Shown here: in pieces, positions 56,856-64,000 of the stretch | Position numbering within the stretch: position 1 is the stretch's first letter | Layout of the letters: each line of letters starts with the position of its first letter | Sequence record: PZ445451.1 | From: a phage | Direction: 5' to 3' (one strand) | Length of the DNA stretch: 64,000 bases | Translations under genes and position numbers: made by a program | The notes under the pieces: model-generated | The model's database searches: none | The model's input: only the letters and a program-made list of their open reading frames with translations | What the model was told of the DNA's origin: nothing

Positions 56856-57446
56856 TTAACGACGACGTGAGCTACTAAAACTACGTTTCGACGAAGAATA
56901 ACTTTTCGAAGACTTACTATAAGAGCTAATAGGACTTGAGTAAGACTTACGAGCAGAGTAATCACTATTCACTTTTGTTGTTGATGGGCGTGAATACGTT
57001 TGTACACTTTGCTGCTTAATTGTGTTTTGTTTAGTGGTTGTATATGTATTTACAGGTTTATCATAAAAACTACGCTTTTGTGTTGTATATGATTTACTGT
57101 TAGTTGTAGGAGCAGCATTGTTATTAATAATGGTTGTATTGCTACCGCCATCTCTATAACCACCACCGCCACTATTACCACTCAACATATGACCAAGAAG
57201 CATACCTGTAGCAAATTCACCTACACCAGAAGAACTACTACCACCTCCTTGCACAACAACTGTTGAAGGTTGTGCAGGTGCTGCTTGAACAACTTGAGGT
57301 GCAGGTTGATTTACATATTGTTCATCTACCATCTGATTTGGTGTTTGTTGGTAACGTTGATTTTGTACATTTTCAGAATCATCACAACCTACCAGCAATG
57401 CACTACCTAATACAACTGCAACAATAAAAGATTTAATGTTTTTCAT
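56856..57446 (-). CDS. Lipoprotein (lipobox LLVGC), Gly-zipper-like segment and Ser/Tyr/Lys-rich low-complexity tail
   Basis: Signal peptide MKNIKSFIVAVVLGSALLVGC; GGGSSSSGVGEFATGMLLGHMLSG; C-terminal SYSKSSKSYSSSKRSFSSSRRR; start placed at the Met preceding the signal peptide. Confidence 0.5.
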   Translation of the reverse strand: MKNIKSFIVAVVLGSALLVGCDDSENVQNQRYQQTPNQMVDEQYVNQPAPQVVQAAPAQPSTVVVQGGGSSSSGVGEFATGMLLGHMLSGNSGGGGYRDGGSNTTIINNNAAPTTNSKSYTTQKRSFYDKPVNTYTTTKQNTIKQQSVQTYSRPSTTKVNSDYSARKSYSSPISSYSKSSKSYSSSKRSFSSSRRR

Positions 57447-57639
57447 TTGTAACCCTCTCATTTAAAGTCTCAACACAATTTTTAAAATCCCTAGAGAAAC
57501 AATACATCTGTTCTCCGTTCCTGTTGATAGTAATTGTATGGTTATCAATGTATGTTGTCAAGATAAAAATCAAACAAAATAACCCTAAAGCAAAACAAAT
57601 ATTTTCAAACAGAATCCAAAGAACACGTAAAACCACCAT
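57433..57639 (-). CDS. Small membrane protein
   Basis: 68 aa with hydrophobic N-terminal LRVLWILFENICFALGLFCLIFILTTYI. Confidence 0.35.
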   Translation of the reverse strand: MVVLRVLWILFENICFALGLFCLIFILTTYIDNHTITINRNGEQMYCFSRDFKNCVETLNERVTNEKH

Positions 57640-57653
57640 CAGATCACCTCAAC

Positions 57654-57673
57654 AAAGCCCCCGAAGGGGCTTA
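57654..57673 (-). terminator. Hairpin terminator downstream of the TerC-like gene
   Basis: agcccc-cgaa-ggggct stem-loop. Confidence 0.4.
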
Positions 57674-57678
57674 ATGAA

Positions 57679-58656
57679 TTAAGCAACAGTCTGGTCTTCT
57701 TTTTCAGGGAAGATTAAACTTGCAATAACACCCAGCCCCAGAGTACCTAACACAATATACATACTGATCGTCGGATCAATGTGTGCTGGCAGGAAACTCA
57801 CTTTTGCGTGCAGAGTTTCTGCAAACGGGTGATACATCAGTTTTACACCCACAAATACCAGGACTACGATAACTGCTTTCTCCAGATGAACCAAATATTT
57901 CAGTGCAACACTAAGGACAAAGAACAGAGCACGTAGACCTAAAATTGCACACAGCATTGAAGAAAATACAAGCAGAGGTTCTTGTGTCACTGCAATTACT
58001 GCTGGAACAGAGTCTACTGCAAAGATTACGTCAACCATTTCCATTACAAACACACAAACCAGAGCCGGAGTTGCTACACGAACACCATTTTTGATTGTGA
58101 AGAACTTCTCACCATCCATCTGATCAGATACAGGGAACAGCTTACGAACAATGCGAGTAACCCAGTGTTTAGAGTAATCAACTTCTGCGTCATTATCTCC
58201 AGCGAATACCATTTTAGCTGCACAGAAAAGGATGACCGCACCGAAGAAGATATTAACATACCAGCCCAAACTCAACAAGTAAGTGCCTACTGCTACAAAC
58301 ACACCTCGGAAGACAATCGCACCTGCAATACCCCAAAGTAGAATCTTGTGTTGCAAGTGTGTGCTTTTAATACCAAAACTTGCGAATACTGCCACAAATA
58401 CTACTAAGTTATCTACAGAAAGAGATTTCTCCAACACATACCCACTCAAGAACAAGCTCGCAAAATCAGCACCGTGTTGGAAGTATACAAAACCATAGTA
58501 GGCTAATGATACCCCAATCCAGAAAATTGACCAACCAACTGCCGATTTAAATGAAATCTCTTTGTTTTCTCTGTGTCCAAAGAAATCAATACAAATCGAC
58601 AACACTAAAATACCCACTAAAACAACCACATCAATAATTGGGAAACCCAGTTGCAT
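57679..58656 (-). CDS. terC: TerC-family integral membrane protein
   Basis: 325 aa, multiple TM helices; motif EKSLSVDNLVVFVAVF typical of the TerC/Alx family. Confidence 0.65.
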   Translation of the reverse strand: MQLGFPIIDVVVLVGILVLSICIDFFGHRENKEISFKSAVGWSIFWIGVSLAYYGFVYFQHGADFASLFLSGYVLEKSLSVDNLVVFVAVFASFGIKSTHLQHKILLWGIAGAIVFRGVFVAVGTYLLSLGWYVNIFFGAVILFCAAKMVFAGDNDAEVDYSKHWVTRIVRKLFPVSDQMDGEKFFTIKNGVRVATPALVCVFVMEMVDVIFAVDSVPAVIAVTQEPLLVFSSMLCAILGLRALFFVLSVALKYLVHLEKAVIVVLVFVGVKLMYHPFAETLHAKVSFLPAHIDPTISMYIVLGTLGLGVIASLIFPEKEDQTVA

Positions 58657-58733
58657 TCTCTTCTCCTCTTTAATGCGGAGGACAATCCTCCGCTCTATGT
58701 CTTATACTATAAACTGTTTTTAAAGAAAGTCAA

Positions 58734-58982
58734 CTAGTTCAGTTCTGTAATTTTAAGTTTATCTTCTTTGTTAATGATAGGGAAAGCTACAGCATCACCT
58801 ACATCATCAATAAAGCAAATAGCAAGACCACCTTCCACTTTGCTAACCTGACCGTTAAAGGCATGATACGGGGCAGGAACTTCATCCCCATCTTCAATGA
58901 GAATAGCCTCGTAAACCTTGCCGATAGTACAATCACGGGTGTTTATAAATTTTTCAAGCACTTCAACATTTACTTTACGCAT
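58734..58982 (-). CDS. Hypothetical protein
   Basis: 82 aa ORF; GC hairpin between it and terC. Confidence 0.35.
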   Translation of the reverse strand: MRKVNVEVLEKFINTRDCTIGKVYEAILIEDGDEVPAPYHAFNGQVSKVEGGLAICFIDDVGDAVAFPIINKEDKLKITELN

Positions 58983-58996
58983 ATAAAGATCCTCTC

Positions 58997-59203
58997 TTAT
59001 TTGTTAGATTGAAAGATACCACGGAGTACCGCAAGAATGAACGTCACACAGACTACACTCCAAAACGTTACAGGAACATGATGCCAGTCTAAGCCGATAA
59101 TGTCAATCATATAATTGTATGCTAAAAGCAGTAGCCAACTAGGGATTAACACAATCAAGAACACAACAATAAAACAACCTAATACTGCTAAAACACCTGC
59201 CAT
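58997..59203 (-). CDS. Small membrane protein
   Basis: 68 aa, two hydrophobic helices. Confidence 0.35.
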   Translation of the reverse strand: MAGVLAVLGCFIVVFLIVLIPSWLLLLAYNYMIDIIGLDWHHVPVTFWSVVCVTFILAVLRGIFQSNK

Positions 59204-59212
59204 ACTTTCTCC

Positions 59213-59929
59213 TTATTTCAGTTTGTAAACAATTACATTTAAACCTTTGTTTACTAGAGTTTCTTCGATCATAAGTTTTACAATATTCCAAGAACCTCCA
59301 GCCAAACCACAACCAAGCATTGGTAAACCTACAATTTTACCGCCTGAAGATACAACATCGTCTCCCATACTATCTAGCGCATTGTAGATAGCTTCATAAT
59401 TCAGGTCACGCTTACCTTCCTCACGACTACTATAACCATATTGTCCATATAAATTATAAATTGTCAAATTGTTTTCTGTATATTTGGTAAACGTACCTAA
59501 TTTTTTATAATCACCACGTTTAGTGGCACAATCTGCTTTAAACGCACCAGGCCACTTGCTTTTAATTTTTGGTGCAATACCACTACCCATAGTGCAAAAA
59601 CAGTTACAGCAGTGTGCTATAGCGTCTATATCGCCTCTCTCGGCTGCTGCTAAAAGATCACCGTATACCTCAACGATACCTGCTGGATAACTTGTTACAA
59701 TTTCATCTTCCCAGTACATTTTCTCTACACCACCGATCAGTGCAAAGTTTTGTGTAATGCGATCATCAATATAGTTAAGACCTGAAACATACACAGCGTA
59801 TTCATCCTGTGCTGTAATACCTTGCACACGAATTCTTAAGACACCATCTTTATCTGTTGCTACACGCCCAAAATCTTTTTCTGTAATATTGGTGATAGGA
59901 TCTCCGAAAGTCATTACTTTATTAGACAT
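59213..59929 (-). CDS. Macro-domain protein (ADP-ribose binding/processing), putative
   Basis: Blocks AIAHCCNCFCTMGSGIAPKI and KIVGLPMLGCGLAGGSW resemble the macro-domain Gly-rich ADP-ribose-binding loops; start set at the internal ATG with AAAGGGGA RBS just after the upstream stop. Confidence 0.5.
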   Translation of the reverse strand: MSNKVMTFGDPITNITEKDFGRVATDKDGVLRIRVQGITAQDEYAVYVSGLNYIDDRITQNFALIGGVEKMYWEDEIVTSYPAGIVEVYGDLLAAAERGDIDAIAHCCNCFCTMGSGIAPKIKSKWPGAFKADCATKRGDYKKLGTFTKYTENNLTIYNLYGQYGYSSREEGKRDLNYEAIYNALDSMGDDVVSSGGKIVGLPMLGCGLAGGSWNIVKLMIEETLVNKGLNVIVYKLK

Positions 59930-60779
59930 AATAATCCCCTTTAACATTAGATTTGTTGATAATGTTGCTTTCAAAAAATTGACGTAGGAAATCAAAGTTC
60001 TCTTTGTATTTTTCAACGTTATTGTAACCTTCTGCAAGGCAACCAAAGAACAGTTGTTCTACATAATACAAAGGAAGTTGTGAAAGTGCAATTTTAAAAT
60101 CAACTTCGCTTTGACTCATTAGATACTTAATAGGACGAACCAAACATTTAGCATCAGTTTCTTGCTTAATCATTTTAATAAAAGCTGCCAGATTGTTGAT
60201 ATAGTTGAAGTTAAGTGCAGCTTCGGTATTGGCTTCTGTACCTTCATACTTTGCAAAGTACAGGAAAAACGTATCGTTTTCAACACCTTCTTTGTCTAAA
60301 ATTTCAATAAGTTTTTCTTCGTGTGTTCCTGTAATATTAACATCATCAATGAAAATCAGAGTTTTATTACCCCAGAAATCACGATTGATAGAGAAAGTGT
60401 CACCATCGATCAAAGCCTTACGATCTTCTTTGCTAAGAAATCCATAATCATTAATGTAGCTCACTTTACGATGAACGATATCCCACTCCACTGCTTTACC
60501 TCCTTTGATAGAGATTAGGTAGTTGAGGTGATCTACAAAATGTTCAGATAACACTGTAGCTGCATTTTTCACATAGTTATATGGAGATGGAATAACAACA
60601 AAACTTTCATTTACCAGTCGTTCTTCATACTTAGAAAAGAAACTTTCAGCCAGAATGCGCCCCATTCTTTTTGCTGCCTGGTTACTGCCAAACTTTAGCT
60701 TGGAATAATCTGCAATGTTAAATTTTGCTTCCTTCAGGTTAGTAAAAGTATTAGCAAAATGTTGAATTTGATTACGCAT
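59922..60779 (-). CDS. Type I phosphoribosyltransferase-like protein
   Basis: 285 aa; PRPP-binding motif KTLIFIDDVNITGTHEE (hhhhDDhhtTG.T) preceded by a hood-like N-terminal region. Confidence 0.55.
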   Translation of the reverse strand: MRNQIQHFANTFTNLKEAKFNIADYSKLKFGSNQAAKRMGRILAESFFSKYEERLVNESFVVIPSPYNYVKNAATVLSEHFVDHLNYLISIKGGKAVEWDIVHRKVSYINDYGFLSKEDRKALIDGDTFSINRDFWGNKTLIFIDDVNITGTHEEKLIEILDKEGVENDTFFLYFAKYEGTEANTEAALNFNYINNLAAFIKMIKQETDAKCLVRPIKYLMSQSEVDFKIALSQLPLYYVEQLFFGCLAEGYNNVEKYKENFDFLRQFFESNIINKSNVKGDYYV

Positions 60780-61428
60780 TAATAAGTTCCTCTTTTTTAA
60801 GTTTAGCCAACAAGTCTTCTGGATTAATAATATGACAGAACTTCATCCCTATGTCAACAGCTTTTCCATCATAGATCAAACTATCTCCAACGTGTAAGAT
60901 CTCCTCTGGTGCGAGATCAAACGTTACCATTTCATCAAAAGAGAGTTTAAAAAACCTGGGATCTGGTTTACACAAGCAAAACTCATCAGAAAAATGCATA
61001 AAGTCAAATGGTAATTTTGTCAAGCCAGAATATACAGCTAAGAAACTACCAGGTACAAAATTGGTATTGCTTTTAATACTCAAAGAATAGGTTGAACTTA
61101 GCTCTTCCAACTTCTTGCAAAGTTCAGGGTTTAATGTTGGAGGATGTTTTATAAACATTGCTAAACAGTCTCTTTTTAACCCATCCACCTTATCAAGATC
61201 AATGTTCAAATGAGCAGAAAGTGTTTCCCAAGCATTTCTAGATGTTCCACAAATGCCTTTTTCTGCTTTTAAATCCAAGAGAGTTTTTACCTCTTTATAT
61301 ACGGTAGCTGCTTCTACCTCAGAACAAGAGGCATACTCGGCAATAACCTTGTTGCGTTCTTCTGCATACAAAGGATTAGCAGTAATAAGAGTATTCCATA
61401 CATCAAAAGAAATATGCTTAACAGTCAT
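60772..61428 (-). CDS. HAD-superfamily hydrolase (phosphatase-like)
   Basis: 218 aa; motif I ISFDVWNTLI near the N-terminus and motif IV-like HVGDSLIYDGKAV near the C-terminus. Confidence 0.55.
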   Translation of the reverse strand: MTVKHISFDVWNTLITANPLYAEERNKVIAEYASCSEVEAATVYKEVKTLLDLKAEKGICGTSRNAWETLSAHLNIDLDKVDGLKRDCLAMFIKHPPTLNPELCKKLEELSSTYSLSIKSNTNFVPGSFLAVYSGLTKLPFDFMHFSDEFCLCKPDPRFFKLSFDEMVTFDLAPEEILHVGDSLIYDGKAVDIGMKFCHIINPEDLLAKLKKEELINA

Positions 61429-61429
61429 T

Positions 61430-61585
61430 TTAATCCTCCGTCCAAAAGAATATCATCTGCTTAATTTTATTAATCTCTTGATGTAGTAACTTTCCAGCAT
61501 GTGATTGATCTTTAATATTGACAGCAAGAATTTCAAGCTCCGTCAGTTTTTCTTGGATAGCTTTATATTCATCATCTGTAAGCAT
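61430..61585 (-). CDS. Small hypothetical protein (about 52 aa, below the ORF-track cutoff)
   Basis: ATG preceded by AAGGGGA; stop abuts the HAD gene start; translation begins MLTDDEYKAIQEKLTELEILAVNIKDQ. Confidence 0.3.
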   Translation of the reverse strand: MLTDDEYKAIQEKLTELEILAVNIKDQSHAGKLLHQEINKIKQMIFFWTED

Positions 61586-61596
61586 TTTCTTCCCCT

Positions 61597-61800
61597 TTAG
61601 AATGGTAATCTTTGTATATCACTTATCCCCACACCAAGAAGTCTAGCAATATCCTTATCTAAAAGCAACTCTTTTTGTTCTAAAATGTTAATCAGATCTC
61701 CTAATACTTCTTTAATGTCACGATCATTTTTAGCAACGTGACCACCTGCTGTATCAACTTTATCTTTAAAAACAAAATAATGATCCATAATACCCTCCAT
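61597..61800 (-). CDS. Hypothetical small protein
   Basis: 67 aa ORF. Confidence 0.35.
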   Translation of the reverse strand: MEGIMDHYFVFKDKVDTAGGHVAKNDRDIKEVLGDLINILEQKELLLDKDIARLLGVGISDIQRLPF

Positions 61801-61807
61801 ATAAATA

Positions 61808-61830
61808 AAGGAGGCTTTCGCCTCCTTTTA
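61808..61830 (-). terminator. Hairpin terminator downstream of the ATPase gene
   Basis: aaaggaggc-tttc-gcctccttt 9 bp stem. Confidence 0.45.
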
Positions 61831-61834
61831 TCAC

Positions 61835-62995
61835 TTAGTAAGAACGACCACCAAACACATACTCTGTGTAGTTTTTACGTTCTTTGTTTTTAATAACAAC
61901 TTCAATGTTGTTACCTTTATCATCGGTGAACATAAAGTGATAACCGTCACCACCCATTGTACGAATGTGTTTTTCATCATACGTTAGCAAGATACGGTCT
62001 ACACCCCAGTAGTAGTCACCTTCTTCATCTTTATCTTCTACGGTAACAATCCCTTCCATTTCAGGAAGATGCTCTTCACCTAGTTTATGGTCTACAGCTA
62101 CAACATAACGATTACCGCTAAACAAACCTTGTGCTGTCATACCGTCAATATCGGTATCTGACGAAACATCTCCTGTACGATCTACACCGTTAACTTTCAG
62201 AAGTTTAACCTCTTTTGCAGCATAGCGGTGTTCAGTAATACTGATACCCATCAATGCAAGTGCATCAGAGAATTTGTCATTAGGGTAACGGTTAAGTTCT
62301 TCTACTAATGACTGAACAATATCAAAGTTCAAATCCACGGAGAGATTATAAAGCGTTTCAAAATCTGGTAAGAAGGCTTTGTTCTCCAGATTTTTAGCCA
62401 GATAATCATCCATAGTAGCTTTAGGTAGTTTCTTATAGCTAAAACTGTAGAAAATACGGCTAGGACGATTACGCAAAAATTCTGATACATAACCATCATT
62501 TTTAGTCAATACAAACAGTTTGTCGTAGCCACCAACACCATCCAGCAGGGTAAGCAAACCATCTTGTGCATCTTTTTCAGCATACAGTTTATCAAATTCA
62601 TCGATCATAATCATCACAGGTTGTGTGATTTTAGACATAAAATTGATAAAGCCTTCACCATTAAAAGCACTACCGATAGAAATAGTAGGAATACCCATTT
62701 CACGAAGAGCAGAAGACAGCATTTTAGCTTGCAAAGTTTTACCGCTACCTTTCGTACCTTCAAGGAGAACACCTGTGTTTTTACCTTTGCGGCTAAGGAA
62801 CGTTTTGATAATACGTTCTGATTTATCATCAGTATCACCGTATGTTACTGAAGGGACTTCCATATCGTTTTTAGGATACAGGAAGAACTCACCACTTTGA
62901 GTAACACCTACACCAAAAGTTCCTGCTGGAATTTCTTCAATATCTGTACCAGATTTCTGACGCAGAAAGATTTGATTGCCGAATACTGTAAACAT
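61835..62995 (-). CDS. P-loop NTPase (AAA-like ATPase) of unknown role
   Basis: 386 aa; Walker A GTKGSGKT, Walker B VMIMIDEFD. Confidence 0.5.
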   Translation of the reverse strand: MFTVFGNQIFLRQKSGTDIEEIPAGTFGVGVTQSGEFFLYPKNDMEVPSVTYGDTDDKSERIIKTFLSRKGKNTGVLLEGTKGSGKTLQAKMLSSALREMGIPTISIGSAFNGEGFINFMSKITQPVMIMIDEFDKLYAEKDAQDGLLTLLDGVGGYDKLFVLTKNDGYVSEFLRNRPSRIFYSFSYKKLPKATMDDYLAKNLENKAFLPDFETLYNLSVDLNFDIVQSLVEELNRYPNDKFSDALALMGISITEHRYAAKEVKLLKVNGVDRTGDVSSDTDIDGMTAQGLFSGNRYVVAVDHKLGEEHLPEMEGIVTVEDKDEEGDYYWGVDRILLTYDEKHIRTMGGDGYHFMFTDDKGNNIEVVIKNKERKNYTEYVFGGRSY

Positions 62996-63015
62996 AGTTT
63001 TCTCCTCTATTTAAT

Positions 63016-63486
63016 TTAGTCAGATTCCCAAATGTTGTCTTTCTTAACCCACATTCGTTGATTATCTGAACCTCTATAACGTTTCGTTGTTGGTTGATTC
63101 ATATCATACTTACCATCTATCACTATGTCAACCAGTTTTTTAATTTTCTCTGGAATTTCTTCAAAAAGATATCCTGTATATAAGACAATATCTTTTTTGT
63201 TTCCAAAACAATCTCTTACCTTCTCAAGAACATACTCTACAGTGTCAATGTTCTCTTTGTCAAGAGGTTCACCACCTAAAACTGTTAATCCTTTAATGAA
63301 AGGTCGAGATAAATCTTCCAAGATAAGATCTAATGTTTCAGCAGTGAACTCTTGTCCGTAGTTATACGACCAGGCTTTCTGGTTAAAGCAGCCACGGCAA
63401 CCGTGGCTACAACCGCTCACCCACAAAGAGCATCTTACACCGTCACCGTTGAGCATGTCAACAGGTTCATATCCGGCGTAATTCAA
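63016..63486 (-). CDS. nrdG: Anaerobic ribonucleotide reductase activating protein (radical SAM)
   Basis: 156 aa; CxxxCxxC cluster in CSLWVSGCSHGCRGCFN; located immediately downstream of the nrdD 3' end with a 4-nt overlap. Confidence 0.75.
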   Translation of the reverse strand: MNYAGYEPVDMLNGDGVRCSLWVSGCSHGCRGCFNQKAWSYNYGQEFTAETLDLILEDLSRPFIKGLTVLGGEPLDKENIDTVEYVLEKVRDCFGNKKDIVLYTGYLFEEIPEKIKKLVDIVIDGKYDMNQPTTKRYRGSDNQRMWVKKDNIWESD

Positions 63487-64000
63487 AAGTGTTTCTCCCT
63501 TTCTAGTACCTCTTGCATTTTACCTTTATTATAAGGGCGAGAGTTAGGAGCAGAAAGGTATCCTGACACTCTTCTGATCACAGATATGGATTCTTCTTCA
63601 TGATTTCCACAACTTGGACACTCGAAGCCTTTAGCTGTTGCCTTAAATTCACCATGAAAACCACATTTGAAACACTGATCTACAGGTTGGTTCACGCCAA
63701 AATAAGGAATTTTGTTGTAGGCATAATCTACAAGAGTTTCCAGTGCTTGCAAGTTATTTTTAAGGTTTGGTGTTTCTACATAACCTATGTTCCCACCATT
63801 ACTAATTTGTGCAAAACCTTCCTCATAATCCCATTTTTGGAACGGGGTAGTGTGCATCCATACAGGTTGATGGAAAGAGTTTGTCAAGTAGTCACGATCA
63901 ATAGAACCAGGATAGCGATCATTTAATGCTTTGGCAAATTTATAGCACAAGGATTCTGCTGGTGTTCCATACAAACTAAAAGCTAAACCAGAACGTTCTT
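63483..64000 (-). CDS. nrdD: Anaerobic ribonucleotide reductase NrdD, C-terminal part (gene continues beyond the window end)
   Basis: C-terminal Zn-ribbon CFKCG...CPSCGN and glycyl-radical motif RRVSGYL; reading frame is open to position 64000. Confidence 0.75.
   Translation of the reverse strand, partial: ERSGLAFSLYGTPAESLCYKFAKALNDRYPGSIDRDYLTNSFHQPVWMHTTPFQKWDYEEGFAQISNGGNIGYVETPNLKNNLQALETLVDYAYNKIPYFGVNQPVDQCFKCGFHGEFKATAKGFECPSCGNHEEESISVIRRVSGYLSAPNSRPYNKGKMQEVLEREKHF

Noticed and set aside
56856-57461. Track start MRGLQMKNIKS for the lipoprotein
   Set aside because: A signal peptide is normally N-terminal; the internal Met at MKNIKSF gives a canonical signal and lipobox, so the upstream five codons are probably not translated.
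61253-61486. Plus-strand ORF 61253..61486
   Set aside because: It is antisense to the HAD gene and to a better-supported small - strand ORF with an RBS; considered spurious.
1-64000. Lysogeny functions (integrase, repressor, att site) or transposase
   Set aside because: No ORF shows tyrosine or serine recombinase or transposase motifs; the gene content is that of a virulent phage.

Overview
This 64 kb window reads as part of a virulent, contractile-tailed dsDNA phage genome, probably of a Gram-negative (enterobacterial-type codon usage) host; no integrase or repressor was seen. All calls rest on reading the six-frame translations and DNA by eye: no database search, HMM or folding program was run. 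Coordinates of promoters, terminators and hairpins carry about +/-2 nt uncertainty, whereas CDS and intein coordinates are derived from the ORF track frames. Positions 1-37200 (+ strand) hold a late structural module: an intein-interrupted large terminase, portal, XkdF-like protein, scaffold, lambda gpD/gpE-like decoration and major capsid proteins, neck proteins, sheath, tube, tail chaperones with a -1 frameshift site, tape measure, baseplate proteins, and at least five receptor-binding proteins with a tail-fibre assembly chaperone. Positions 37200-64000 (- strand) hold a replication and nucleotide-metabolism module: orphan DNA methyltransferase, SSB, a minimal CCA-enzyme-like nucleotidyltransferase, an AP2-type homing-endonuclease-like gene, a family A DNA polymerase split by a LAGLIDADG intein, primase-helicase, four glycosyltransferase-like genes, a SleB-like endolysin, NrdG and the 3' part of NrdD. 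The most unusual content is a Ter-like (tellurite-resistance-type) cluster (TerD, vWA protein, TelA-like, lipoprotein, TerC) followed by macro-domain, phosphoribosyltransferase and HAD-hydrolase genes. Genes are tightly packed with strong Shine-Dalgarno sites, many GNRA/UUCG-loop hairpin terminators and a few sigma70-like promoters. No tRNA, CRISPR array or transposon was detected.
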